Assembly (NCBI GenBank): GCA_964019425.1
Contig: OZ025794.1
Span: forward strand, 620,001 to 684,000
Source of the DNA: Flectonema sp. DT1601
Lineage: Eukaryota
Length of the DNA stretch: 64,000 bases
Reading direction: 5' to 3'
The position numbers and the translations under genes are program-made. Positions within the stretch are counted from its first letter, which is position 1, and every line of letters starts with the position of its first letter. The notes below the pieces were generated by a model. It saw only the letters and a program-made list of their open reading frames with translations, was not told the DNA's origin and searched no databases. This document shows, piece after piece, positions 1-12,588 of this stretch.

Positions 1-537
1 ATTTATACTCCTCCAGACTATACGAATCTCAAACGACATCGTGAGTGGAGTGATTGAAGTTTCTCGAAAAGAGAGCGCGGTAGTGTGCGAGAGATTAACA
101 CGTACTGAGTGCTGGCGATCTGCTTAGCAGTGATGCAGCCCCTGAGGGGGGGTTCAATGCCTGATTATGGGTTTTCTTTTCTTTCTTTTCACTATTTTTT
201 TTTCGCACTTCTTTTTTTTGTTGTGCATGCGCTCCAGCGATTTGTTGCTAATTCTATTATGCAGACTGATGAATATCTCGTCGCGCGAACTTCTTTTTGC
301 CGCGGGATATTCTCGACTACCTGCAATTATGCGCCGTCATTTTTTTCTTTCGGTGCGAGGAATATTCCTTACCAACCTCTTCCCATTCTTAGTTTCCCCC
401 CATCGTTGTTCTGGTTTTGTTATGGCTGAATAAGCTTCCGTTTCCGTCTTGAACGCGGTTGGTTGCGAATTTCTGTTTTATTTATTTATTTTTTTTAAAA
501 GTATTTTGCCCGAATTAGTTACAATACTCTTTTAGGT

Positions 538-641
538 TTACGTTGCTGTTACCTCGTAGCTCTACGGGGTTAACTCGATGCTCCTTAGTTTGCTGTATCA
601 GCGATGCCTGACATGCAATGCAATGGACTTCCTTATTTATC
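538..641 (+). repeat. Dispersed structured repeat family A, copy 1
   Basis: TTGCTGTT(A/G)CCTCGTAGCTCTA..GGG/AGTTAACTCGATGCTC(C/T)TTAGTTTGCTGTATCAGCGATGC recurs at 13586-13690 and partly at 10862-10895; it folds into a long G.U-rich hairpin. Confidence 0.85.
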
Positions 642-1774
642 ACAAGTAAATCTGTACCTTGTCTCTTAGAGATAAGTTTGCGAAGTGATGCGCTATTTTT
701 TTTTGACTCGCGAATTGTTTTTTTTTTTTGATGAGAAGTAGGCCTGGAAAACCAATTGAAAATAATTATTATTTGTGAATGCGTATTCCTCTTAGAAGCA
801 TGATAAGAAGCTTTGCAAAAATAAATGATCGGAAGCGATACGTAGTGTGTCATTTACTGTACTTCCATCGACTCATAGTCGATTTACTCATTAACCACCT
901 TAGAGATTTTAAACACACTTTTATTAAAGCTAGGTCGTTTTTTTTTTTGTCGTTGTTAATTATTCTATGCTTTGCAAAACTTATTTTTACAATTGAAAAA
1001 AGAAAATCCAGCCGATAATTCTTGTTTCTAAAAGTTCTGTTTTTTAAAAAAAAAAAATTATTTTTCCTACTTATATTATTTTGCGAAGATCGAGTGTGCT
1101 GCGTATCAAACAGTGTTATTGTATTAGGAAGGCTGATTAAATTAGGCACTCTTTTTTTTTTATATCTTAAATTCTTTAATAAAGTTTATAAAAAAGTATG
1201 TACACAAGGAACTAATAATAAAACTGTATGACTGGTACCCCCGTGAGCTTCTCCAGAGTTTGACTTCTTCGATAAATAAAATGATTATTAAGTAAGTCGA
1301 TCATTTCTCTAATTGGGCACTCTTTTTTTTTTTTTGTTCTCTGCATTTAGCAAGAAAAGTAGGAGCGATGAAATGAGTGTTGGCGGCACACGTAACTTTC
1401 TCAGTTTGAGTCAGTTCTCGATTTCGGGAGAACAATGCCAGTACTCTCATTGCGTATAACGCCAGAGATTTATTTTTTTTTAAAAAAAAAAGAAAACAAA
1501 AAAAAAAAAGTTTTGTTATTTTACTTGCGTTGTTCTGTCCTCCTATTACATATTTTTTTCTGTAAAATCTATCTAGCTCTATTGTACGGATTGGGTCTTC
1601 CTTAAATTAACATCTAGGGACCTGAAATTCTCCATAGAACAACGCATTCCGAATGACTCACTTATTATTTTCAAGGTGGGCATTTTTGCTTACCCCAAAA
1701 ATTAAATTGCGTAAGGAACACTGACCAAAAAAAAAAGAAAAAAAGAAGAAAATAAAACAAACAATTATTTTTGT

Positions 1775-1812
<38 letters not shown>

Positions 1813-2687
1813 CCTGTGGAAAAAGAAAAAAAGGAACAATGAATTCGTTACTTACCTCCCTAACATAACTTTGATAGCTATATTTATATCATTATACGTA
1901 TGCTCAACACAGTTAACCCTTCCCACACTCAATTTAACCCTATTAGCTTCCTTTATTGTTTATTTTTTACTCACTTACGGTTGCGACTGGTAGACGCTTA
2001 TTTTAACTAATGTCCTCATTGAGACGACTCTTGGACTTAGTCCTATTAAATAGAGACATCCTTTCGGTGAGGGTTTTTCACGGGTGTAGTACTGCCAACC
2101 TTATCTGGTTCTGTGAACTTGTCCTGGAGCTTTGCTTCTGTGACTTCGATAAATAAATAAAAAAAAATAGTTATAATCGGCTGGTTTCTGACCTGCTTGC
2201 CACTCAAATAGTGACATTAACCCATTACTGGTTGTATGAGCACTTATCTTTTTCGGGAGTGTCATGTATTTTCCTCTCATTTCTTCTTTAAGGCCTTCGT
2301 ATGTGTTTAGCACCTGTAATTCTTATTGATGATTCTTCTTCAAGAAAATCTAAGTAGCACATCAATAAACAAATAATAAATTTTAGAAAGAAGGTGTAGT
2401 CTAGTAATAAACATAATTTGCCATTCTCTCTGTCGGTATCTCAAAAGGAATTACAGGCTCCTCGTTTGGAGGTGCCATAGAATCGGAGGAAAGAAAGAAA
2501 ATTGAGCACATCGAAAGTATTTTACTGCACTCTTTCTACAGCTCGCAATGTGAAGTCTGGTGAGGAACTTGAATAGCTGTCAATTAGTAACAGAAAAAAT
2601 GTGAGTTTGTTTTTTTGTTTAGCAACAACAACTTAAATAGTACTTCCCCTCATACAGTTCACACCCCACAAACCAATAAGAACTAAC

Positions 2688-5600
2688 ATGCGTTTGTTAG
2701 TCACCGTTTTGGTGCTTTTCGCAGTCAGTAGTTTGGTATCGGGACAGTTCGGAGCCGGATCAGCTATATATATTCCTGATAAACCAAAGGGGAGTGGTAT
2801 CGCGTATTTATATCCTTTTACTGGATTGGCGGAATCAGGATCGAAGGAGTTCACTATTGATATGTGGTTTTGGGCTGAGAAGTGGACCTCCGAGTGGAAG
2901 GGAACGCTACTATCTATTGCAACAGTAGATGACGATAATTGGATACAGATTTCGTTCTCGGATCTGTTGTACTTCAAGTCTGATGAGGGACGCTTCAACT
3001 TTAATATTACTGAACCTGCAAGAACTTGGCAGCACTACGCCGTTAGTGTTAACGCCAACACACTTAAAATAGAACTTTTTATTAACGGTAAATCAGTTGG
3101 ATCCCCAAAGGCATCAACAAGCTTTCAAAACCTTGATACAACTCTTCCATTATCTGTTGTTTTAGGTAACGACCAGGACTCCATATTAGGAGGGTTTTCA
3201 CCATCGTCGCACGCACCTGGCTACTATGACAACCTCCGTTTCTGGAATAAGGCTTTTACAGGAGAGGAGGTTCTTCATCAAATGTCAAGGGATGTCAATG
3301 CTGCGACACCAAACCTGATTGCCGCCTGGGATTTTGAGGCTGGCGTCGGTCGTGAAATTCGCGAAATTAAAACGGGGAGACCAGAGTGGTCGCTTTCATT
3401 TGGATCCAGTTATGCGACAGCCGCTGATTTGCAGAACAAACAATTCTCAAAATTCGAAAACGATATCCAAGTGACTTGGGGACCTTCTCACGCTCGATGC
3501 AGAGGTTCTGGAATGACGTCCGGATTTTCGAGGGGCGTTCGAAAAGTATTTCACCTTCGAGACATAACGGAATTCTCAGAGATCACAATGACTTCCTTAT
3601 CTCCTCTTTGTAAGTTAGAAGATGCGAGTAGTAGACAGTCTTTGATTACTAATTCTATTATTTCATCATCATTCGCTTTTATTGCTCCAGCAGACGGTAC
3701 TGAAAACGAGTACTCGTTGTCGTACACGGCTGGTGGAGAAGCTGCTACGATTGTTTTCAAGCTTGCACAGCCGATCACTCCTACTAACTTCAGTGTTACT
3801 TTTGTTGAAGATGCTGCGTTTACTAAAAATGTTATTAAGTTTGGAGGTGTGTACCAAAATCCTCAGACATGGAGAGTTCGGATATACATTTCAAGACTTC
3901 CACTTAAAGGACGTATTCAGGATCAGATTGGTCCTTCGGATGAGAATGGCGTTTTCGAAGATCCGAAGAACATCACAGAACCAATGTTCGTAACCGGAGG
4001 ATATAATCAAATGCTGTACCACTCAGAAACAGATGAGTTCGGAATTCAATACACAACTCTCGAATACAAAGTAGTTGACGAGTCCCGTTGGGATGATCTT
4101 GAAGCAATCCAACAACTACCATCAGGTATAGTTACTATTTCAATTACTCCAGGTAACGATGCTCCAAAGTTACTCAGTAGCACAGTAACAGGAACTGATC
4201 CTTTGAACCCAAAGAATGTGTCACAAGATGAGGTAACTATTCTGCAGTACGATGTTTTTGACAGCGATGGTGACGACGTTTTGATGGAAATTATCAGCCT
4301 GCCATCCCACGGAGACCTCTGGCTCTCTGACAAGTTTGGAAACAAGCTTCACAAACTGACCACCACAGCTGTCGGAACACAAGAAGTTGAACAAAACGCA
4401 GCAAAGCTTCTTAACTTCAGCTCTGAATATGCAGACAAATCAGGTTCTTGGGCAGCAACTCAAGTTTTAGGAGAACCGCTTGAGCTAAAAAGATATGGTG
4501 ACAGTACCTTCGCATGGTCTCCAGAGTCAGTTGATGGGTTTGGATGTAAAGATATCGGAAGTGGTGATGTCTTCTACACGGAGTTCTTACACATCAAGTT
4601 CAATGAATCTGTTTACGTTAAAGAGTTATTCTCTTATGAAAATGTTGGTGGTGGAACCCTTGTTGGTGTTAGAGCTAAGGACCCAACAACAAACACTTGG
4701 AAGAGACTGTACTTGGGAGCCTCTGATGTACCAATCAGAGAAGGCGAGTATATCGTCTTCAAGCCATCAGGTATGTGTGGAACATGGTTCCTAACTGATG
4801 AATTATATCTTGAGATTGACACCTGCCACAGATCCGGTTGGAATGAAATTGATGCCTACTTAATGGTTGGTACAACAGATACCAACTTGGGAGCAGTACC
4901 TCCAAACAGCAGCATTTTGTACGTTCCTCACAATGGGTTTGTTGGAGAAGATTCTTTTGAGTTTGTTCTCACTGACTGTCCTGGTGATCGCTTTCGGAAG
5001 TCTTCCTCTATGAAGTCTTTCCTCAAAGTATCAGAAGCACCATCTTCACGTGTTCAGACCTTGCAGTCATCTGAAGGCAGTAACGAAGTTCTCACTCTGC
5101 AGGGAGGTCCAACTTGGGAGATTACAGGTTCCCCAAAATGGGGAACTATTCAAATCAACGGATTAGACTCTCGGCAGTACGATCAAATCTCAGCAGGTTC
5201 AATTGTACGCTACAGACCTGATGATGTGGAATGTAAGAAGTCTGCGAGTGCGTACAAGGATTCATTTGTTATCACAACTTCGACTACACGTGACAGCAGT
5301 TCATCACAAAGCGAGTTCATTATCTACGAAATTGTCGGATGTTCACTTTCAAGTGCATTCCCGTATTGGATATTTATAGTAGTAGGTGCTGTTATTGTTG
5401 TGGCTTGTGTTGTAATCTTCTGGTTTAGTACTCGTCAGCATAGACGAATGGCCGCCCTCTACAACAACAACAGAGTTGCTGAGGAATGTGCTGAGGCAAT
5501 TGCGTTCATGCACTTGGAGGAGGTTTCGTATTTAGTAACGTTGCCAAACCCGAACAAAATTCAAAAAGCTTTCTTGAAGATTATTCAAACACTTGAGGAG

Positions 5601-6590
5601 TATCGAAACTTCTTGCCGTCTTCAATGTTTGCTGGCGATACTGAAAGTGTTTCTGAGAGCTGTACTGAAATGACTAGCGAGATTGGACATGGTGATTCCT
5701 CTTTTTACTCTAACACGGGACTGCCTCCTCGCAGAGTTCGCGGTTCCGGCACTGCATCTAGCGCCAGCAGCAAAGGCACCAGCACTGCCATGAGATCTCG
5801 TCTTGCTCACTTGCAGGTTTCAGTCCTTAGGAAGAAACAAATATCAATGCTCTGTTCTAATATAAATGGTTTCAAGAGAATCCGAGAAGATGAAATAGTT
5901 CAGGCACATCACGACTACCTTACTGTAATGGTGAAGGCTGCTAGAGATACGAGGGGAGTACCCGAACCATTTGTGGGAGATCGCGTGATGATCAGTTGGA
6001 ACGCGGCGCTTGCGATTCCCAACTACAGAGAATTGAGTTGTACATGCGCGATTGCAATAAGCGATGGGATAAAGAATATGCAAAGTGAAACTAATTTGAA
6101 GGTATCTCTGGGAGTAGCAAGCAGTGGAGCTCTAGTTGGGAATTTAGGTATTGCTGGGATGAAGAAGTTCGCAATCATCGGTGGAGCGTATCCCGCAGCT
6201 GTTGTGTTGATGCGTCTGAACTCAAAGTTCTCAACTGAAATTCTTGCGGAAGGAAGTTACCGAGTTGAGGCTTTGAAGTTTCAAATGTTCCCCGTCAGCA
6301 GAGTAGTGTATGAGAAGTTTTCTGAGCGTCCGTTTGTCGTGTTCAACGTCCTGTCAACTCGAATTGAGAAGAATGAAGAATGGATGTATAGCATGCAGGA
6401 CGGTATTCATCCTGTCTTAGATCAACTTGATGCTATTCTCATGGGTAAGGAACCAGTAACCAACTTTCACGTCAATACAAGTCCTCACAATGGAGAGGAG
6501 GTTCCCATTCAAACGGAAGCATTCATGTCAAAACTAGCAGCGAATCCTGATTACATTGACGAAGTAAGTCCTTATGTTCAATACATTTAA
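2688..6590 (+). CDS. Receptor-type class III adenylate/guanylate cyclase-like membrane protein with a degenerate catalytic site
   Basis: 1300-aa ORF. Signal peptide; pentraxin/LamG domain (FTIDMWF, WQHYAVS, LGNDQDSILGGF, YDNLRFWN); cadherin-like repeats (ITPGNDAP); galactose-binding-like domain (FSSEY...WAATQVLGEP); TM (YWIFIVVGAVIVVACVVIFWF); HAMP-like linker (EEYRNFLP); cyclase fold (ISMLCSNINGF, FVGDRVMISWNA, SLGVASSGALVGNLG). Confidence 0.85.
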   Translation: MRLLVTVLVLFAVSSLVSGQFGAGSAIYIPDKPKGSGIAYLYPFTGLAESGSKEFTIDMWFWAEKWTSEWKGTLLSIATVDDDNWIQISFSDLLYFKSDEGRFNFNITEPARTWQHYAVSVNANTLKIELFINGKSVGSPKASTSFQNLDTTLPLSVVLGNDQDSILGGFSPSSHAPGYYDNLRFWNKAFTGEEVLHQMSRDVNAATPNLIAAWDFEAGVGREIREIKTGRPEWSLSFGSSYATAADLQNKQFSKFENDIQVTWGPSHARCRGSGMTSGFSRGVRKVFHLRDITEFSEITMTSLSPLCKLEDASSRQSLITNSIISSSFAFIAPADGTENEYSLSYTAGGEAATIVFKLAQPITPTNFSVTFVEDAAFTKNVIKFGGVYQNPQTWRVRIYISRLPLKGRIQDQIGPSDENGVFEDPKNITEPMFVTGGYNQMLYHSETDEFGIQYTTLEYKVVDESRWDDLEAIQQLPSGIVTISITPGNDAPKLLSSTVTGTDPLNPKNVSQDEVTILQYDVFDSDGDDVLMEIISLPSHGDLWLSDKFGNKLHKLTTTAVGTQEVEQNAAKLLNFSSEYADKSGSWAATQVLGEPLELKRYGDSTFAWSPESVDGFGCKDIGSGDVFYTEFLHIKFNESVYVKELFSYENVGGGTLVGVRAKDPTTNTWKRLYLGASDVPIREGEYIVFKPSGMCGTWFLTDELYLEIDTCHRSGWNEIDAYLMVGTTDTNLGAVPPNSSILYVPHNGFVGEDSFEFVLTDCPGDRFRKSSSMKSFLKVSEAPSSRVQTLQSSEGSNEVLTLQGGPTWEITGSPKWGTIQINGLDSRQYDQISAGSIVRYRPDDVECKKSASAYKDSFVITTSTTRDSSSSQSEFIIYEIVGCSLSSAFPYWIFIVVGAVIVVACVVIFWFSTRQHRRMAALYNNNRVAEECAEAIAFMHLEEVSYLVTLPNPNKIQKAFLKIIQTLEEYRNFLPSSMFAGDTESVSESCTEMTSEIGHGDSSFYSNTGLPPRRVRGSGTASSASSKGTSTAMRSRLAHLQVSVLRKKQISMLCSNINGFKRIREDEIVQAHHDYLTVMVKAARDTRGVPEPFVGDRVMISWNAALAIPNYRELSCTCAIAISDGIKNMQSETNLKVSLGVASSGALVGNLGIAGMKKFAIIGGAYPAAVVLMRLNSKFSTEILAEGSYRVEALKFQMFPVSRVVYEKFSERPFVVFNVLSTRIEKNEEWMYSMQDGIHPVLDQLDAILMGKEPVTNFHVNTSPHNGEEVPIQTEAFMSKLAANPDYIDEVSPYVQYI

Positions 6591-8544
6591 TACTTCCTTG
6601 ACACAGAATAGACGTAACAGATTATAAGGAGGACTTGTTTAGTAGAGGTAGTTAAGAAGATTAATAAAAACTATTTAGCCACTTCGAATCAGCACTCATT
6701 GATATCAATCTATATTGATTACGGTTGCTTTGCTTAATTAGAATATCCGAATATGGATTTGTTCCCAACTTACGGACGGTGAAGAATGAGAATTCCAGCT
6801 AACAAATGTCACTGGAAGACTCATCGCAGCGTACTCGTCTGCTGCGAGGTCGTTTCAAAGGGTGATTGATCCCCTTTGTCTGCATGATAGGATGATTTTA
6901 GAAACTATACGTAAAATAGAATAAAAAAAAAAAACATAATTTATATAACAAACATTTCATCTATGAAATCAACACAAACAATTGAGAGTTCCATTAATCT
7001 CGCAGCCTGTGTGTTGTGAGACTTATGTGATACTTATTTTTCTCTCGTTACCAGCCCTTTTACAAATCTCACCCTGTGCTTTTAGATGGTCAAGTCAGAC
7101 TTCTGATTGTGCGGAAAATTATTTCTAAAAAAAAGAAAAAAAAAAGAGAATGTGAATAACGATCTAACCAGCTGAAAGGAAAGGTCTGATCGAATACTGT
7201 GATGTTCATATTGGCTACCACAAATTACAATAAACTTCTTGTTTTTTACGAAAAAATCTTTTTAACCCATCCTCCCATTTATAACAAATACTCCTATTCC
7301 TTTTTCAATCTGCAAAAAAAAACCATTAATTTTTTTTTTTTTTTGTGGCGTATCCTTGTAATTTCTTTTTTTTTTATTGTGTCATGTTTCGGTATACACA
7401 AGATACTCTTCCTCTCTACGGTGAATATTAGTGTTACCAATCTGCCTTAACTCGTGGCTCTAATTAAGTCTTAGCATATTGAAGGAAGGTACGTCCCCAT
7501 CCCCGTCCGCCCTGAGGGTGACTTACGACTGTGCGGTATCGAGTGATTGATCCCCCGTAAGCATATCTCGGTGGGCACGTTCTTCAACTTTGTTTAAAAA
7601 AAACAAAACAAAACAAAAATAGTATTCTTTCCTATTATTATAGCTCTCTTTCTAAACAATGAGGGTTCAGCTGCTTCTAAATTCATAATTCGGTTCTAAG
7701 CCACACAGTTTCAGAGGCTCCCTATCCATGTGATTGGATAACCTTCCGAGTTGTTTGTACTCGTTGGTATTATTATCTTTTTTTATATTTGGTCGGAAAC
7801 TCGAGTACGTCACAACAATCAATTCTGAGAACCTCTCTGAGAAAAGCGTCAAGATTTGTGGTCTAGCACGCACCTGCGCAAGTTGGCGTGGTGTTCCTTT
7901 TCGGCAGTGCCTGTTTGCGGCTTTCTTTTTTATTATAAAAATGTTAAAAAACTACTTAAAAAGTATCTTCAGTGTGTACGTCGTGTTATTACTAGCTGTT
8001 CTCTTCAATCTGACAACTTAGTTGTCAATTCTGAAAAGAAAGTTACCATCTTTAGTCTCTCTCAAGCAAAAAGCATTTTGTCTTTCGTCAAAACGACCCT
8101 CTGCAAATATGTATGGTTCAGTCGTCTTTCAATTTTTTGTCGTGCGGCGGTTTTTGTGGTTTTCCGTGTTGTTTTATAGCTCTGTTTTTAGGATGGTTGT
8201 TCATTCTGTGTAGGTTATTTTTATCGTTTTTTTATTCCTTGTATTCCTTATAGAAATAGGAATTAACCAGACTAAACTCAGCTGATCCCGATCACCCACC
8301 CAACTTTTGGTTTTCTTCGTTTGTTACTTTTGGTTGTGTTGATAAAGAGGATCTTTTGTGGTACATTTCTAAAGCTTTTCGGTAAGCCCACAGTACACTT
8401 ATAATGCTTTGGACAACTGGGGGTGAACGATCCTCGGTACTGTTCCGGGGGTTTCTATTTTCTTTCGTGGAGTGTGGGCATATGGCACATGTGGTCGTAT
8501 TATAAAGAAAGATGTATATGAAAGAAAGAAGATTTTTTATTTTT

Positions 8545-8765
8545 TTCACCTTCCCCCCACTCCCAGATCATTTCTCTTTTATTTTCTTTTCTTGTTTACA
8601 ACCTGTTAGCCTCTGGGCAAGGTGGAGGCTGGAAGTCGATCACTTCCAGCCAAAACTATGAAACTACAATCTTCGCGATTGGGTCCTTACTGATGCGGGC
8701 TACCCAGACCCCTCGTAGTCATCAGTTTGTATTTTGCTAACTAAACTAAACTAACTAAACTAAAG
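8545..8765 (+). repeat. Repeat family B stem-loop followed by GC-rich hairpins and a (CTAAA/CTAA)n tail; possible SINE/retroelement remnant
   Basis: 8545-8626 is homologous to 23281-23349 and 27691-27759. It is followed by the perfect hairpin GGCTGGAAGT/ACTTCCAGCC, the pair ACTGATG/CATCAGT, and CTAACTAAACTAAACTAACTAAACTAAA. Confidence 0.55.
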
Positions 8766-10861
8766 AGTAGCCAATACTTCAGTATTTTATTTTTTGAACT
8801 TTTTTTATTTTATTTATTTATCAACAGGAGACGTTACGAGCAAATTAATGATTTTTCTTCATTTTTGAGAAACATTAGTTTGTTCTGTTATTCTCTTCTT
8901 GTTTAAGGTGTTTGGTTGGGACTTTAGAGAACACAACTATCTAATTGTCGCGATAAGTATGTGTGTTGTGTGTTGTTTTAACGTTAAGGTGTCTTACGAC
9001 ATATTCTCATTAAACGAGAATAATGAACCAATATAAATATAAAAAGTTCAGACAACCCTAGTTCACTTTATTTCTTTATGCGCGAACCGTGAACCCAAAA
9101 CTAAGGTTATGTGTGGTGCACCGTCTTGTTATTTATTTCTTTTCCCCCTTTTTTCCCTATTTGGAATTATTTAATAATTACAGGGGAAGGGGACGTTTTT
9201 TTTTGTAGTTTTTTTTTTTTAACTTACCGTATTGTCTCAGTGCTTAGAAACTATATTTTTACTGAACAAGGTCAACTGAGACTCAGTAACCTTGATCTTC
9301 GTCTGTGCATTGTATTCTCTTACCACGGAAGTGGCTGTAGATTGGGTTCTGTAGATGCAATCATCAACTCTATTCTGAACAAAAAATAACAAAAGCCGTT
9401 CTTTTTTTAAACAAGGTCAGTTTTGCCAAGCTACTTCGTAATAGCCTGTAACTAGATGAGTAGACTACAAGTGACCGAATTCAGTGATTTTTTTTTTTTT
9501 TTTTTTTCCCCTTTAATTTTATTTTTGAAAAAAAAAAAAACTCTCAAAATCTATTATTTTCTGAAAATATTGTGTTAGCCCTACTGCTCTTGAAAAATAG
9601 AATTTTTTCCAAAATACCGTGTTATTGTTTTGGGATAATTTGTTTTTATTTAATTCAAGTTGCAATTGGTGAATGTTTTAACCAATAACTGAATGAGGGA
9701 TTTCTTATTTATTTTTTTTTATTTTTTTTTTTTTTGTACCGCGGCAGTTGGTAAAAAACCTCTGAGTTCAACAAATGCTTTTGGTATTAAGGAAAGCTGA
9801 CACCTTAATTTCGGTGTTCGGCTGACTTGAGTTGGCGGTGACTAAAATGGAACGAATCTATCGAATATCACAGAACTTATTTCCATAGTTCAGGTTCTTT
9901 TTTATTATTATTCCCTCTCTTTGACGAAAATTGGCGTTATCAGTCGTCTCTAACACTCTGCTCATTCAGGCAGTGGGTTTAGGTAGTCATTTGTTTCAGG
10001 TTATTCTACGTGTCTTATCGTCTGTGGGTGTCTCACGGTTGTTGGTAGCGACATAACTGTTACCCTGTTGAAGTTTACCTGACTTTTGGTTCCTAGTCTT
10101 CGTAAAATAAATAATTAAATAAATATTATATCTCAGTGTTGTAGCTCATAATTCTTTTGGCGTTTATTTTTTATTGTACTTATTTATTTTCACGCTTCTG
10201 ATTCTTTTTTTTATGTTATGCGCCATTAAGCGATTGCTGCTGTAACAATTACTCAGTAACTTCCCATCCATCACAAAAAAAACCTTTTATTTTTATTTGT
10301 TTATTCAGTCTCCCTGCACTATTTTTTACCAATTCGTTTTTGTCACGCAAATCGTCTATCTTCCTTAACCTTTTTTTTTTTCCTTTCCCTCTCTATCATT
10401 GTTGGGCGGGTAGGCCGCACCCAAAATGAGATCGAAATCTGACTGTACGACTATCTTATTATGAGGTTATTTAATTTGGTAGTTTTTGTTTTAATGGCAA
10501 AAACAGTGAGAGTTTTGGTTCTGGTTCTTCTGTGGTTTTTCCGGGAACTGTTTTTTTTTTTATAATTTTTTTTATAATTATATTTTTATATTCTTATATT
10601 TGATATCATATTTTGCTGTCAGTGTTAGGATTCATACCTTTCTCTTCCTGTGAGGTTAAGTCAACACAGAGATAAAATGTCATATCTGGTAGTTGTCCTT
10701 TTAATAACATAAAATTTTTATCAGGGTCCTCTCGGACAATAATTTTTCATTGCGAGAACCGCACACGTTTTTCGTGCGGAGTTCTCCCATCTTTTTATAA
10801 TTTTTGTTTCTTTGTCGAAAGAAGATAAACAAAAAATTATTAGTTTTTTCCACACCCAAAT

Positions 10862-10895
10862 GGAGTTAACCCGATGCTCCTTAGTTTGCTATATC
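10862..10895 (+). repeat. Repeat family A, truncated copy
   Basis: GGAGTTAACCCGATGCTCCTTAGTTTGCTATATC matches the core of the 538 and 13586 copies. Confidence 0.75.
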
Positions 10896-12588
10896 TCCAT
10901 CTACACTCTGCGAGAAGGGCAAACGCGTATTTTGATTATAACAGAACCTCTTTCGACATGAGGAGTGCTTATCTATATTGACGTTACCTTTTATCGTTGT
11001 GTCGGGAAAAAACAATACATTTATTCATCATTATAATTATGCTCAAAACAATTATTTCCCACCTTTTTTATTTTGTATCACGAAAAAAAAGGGAAAAAAA
11101 AAAAAGTATTCTGAAATCTACTTAGTTGAAAACTGTAAAGTATCTGAACTTCTACACTAATACTCCTACTAACGTTGTCTTCTACTCTGAATGAAGTTAA
11201 ATCTTCTGTTACTTACCTCAGCTTAACTTTATTACTTGTCTATGATAATATTTAAGTATTTTTAAGTTTTTTACGTTGTCGAATTATCACTCCTCCTTGT
11301 ATGTGCGTGAAAACATTGAATCGCGCAACCTCGTGATCGTTTTTCTGTTTGATTTTGAGAAGGTGAAGGAAATCACGTACTCAATTAGTTTTTTTGTGTT
11401 CTTTTCTCATCATGGGTTATCTATGAAATTATAAAACTAATGTCGTACCTTTGCAAATTCAGTTTTCTTTTGATTTATTTCTTAAATTAGGGTGCATTAT
11501 TTTCTTCTTGCAAAGTTATAGTATTCCACAGCGCTGTGGGGTGATAAAAAGAATAAGTATTTATTTATATTTCCACAGTTCTTTTCATGTCAGGGTTCCC
11601 GTTTTTTTATTAGATTTTTTCGTTGCTTATATAATTGCTGCTAAGATTGCTCTCGTCGTAGCATCTTCGGTGTTAATTAACGGTCAAAAGCTCTGATGAG
11701 TGGGTACCGAATAGGTAGCATATGAATAAATTGAAATAACGCTCACCTGCATTCAGATTTCTTGTTTGTATTCCATTAGCCATTAGTTGTTAGGTAGCTT
11801 ATACTTTTGCTTTCCCAAGTCTTCCTTTTTATTTTGATAAGTTAAGTGTGATTTGACATCACATTCTCTTTTTGTTGTGTATATGGGATTATGTACTCCC
11901 AATGTGTGTGTGTTTTTTTTTTCCTTGCGAAATCTTTCTCGTAGTTTGGTCATGTTGTGTGTTTGATTTTTTCATTTTTTTTCTTGTATTCGAATTTTCA
12001 CAATACAAAGAAAAAATACTACGAAAAAAACCACTTACAGTATTAAGCTGAAGAGTCCACGCTCGAACATGTTGTTGTTTTTTAAGTGCATTGATGCCAC
12101 CTCCCGACTTACATACGTTATCTTTGCTTTTTAGCTACTCTACTAAAATGAAGCTTCAGTTTAACCTTATTACTTATTTTTTGATAATATTATTATAATG
12201 TTTATTGCTGTCTACATTGTCAAACTATCACCCCATCGACTAATATAAAATGTGAATCCCTCTTTCGAAATGTGTTTGGATTCATATTTTGATTTTCTTG
12301 TTTGCTCGGCGGGGAATGGACTGGATTTTTATCATTCGTTTGTTTTGAGAAAATTTTCGGTTTGTTTTTTTAAAGAATAATATTTTTTAGTGATGATTTT
12401 TTACCAAAAGAAATGCGATTATCTACTATTCGGTAGTTTAAAATTTTTTTTTTTTTTTTTTAAAAATTTCTGCGCAATGTGCGAGAAAACTAACGATTAA
12501 AAAAAAAAACCCCTTAAAACAAAATCCATAAAATAACTTTTTAACTGTGAACCCTGCCTGTTACATAATATAAAAAAAAAAATATATA

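Noticed and set aside
15..170. U3 or C/D snoRNA-like words (AGACTATAC, AGAGCG, GTGATG..CTGA)
   Set aside because: Boxes are degenerate, spacing does not fit and no guide is recognisable.
543..575. HDV-like ribozyme loop (GTT-ACCTCGT-AGC) in repeat A
   Set aside because: No upstream P1 partner and no J4/2-P2 closure found.
109..2313. Short ORFs in intergenic DNA (also 7199-15409, 47566-49219, 54179-59046)
   Set aside because: Poly-K/poly-F products of homopolymer runs, often with non-ATG starts and no recognisable domains.
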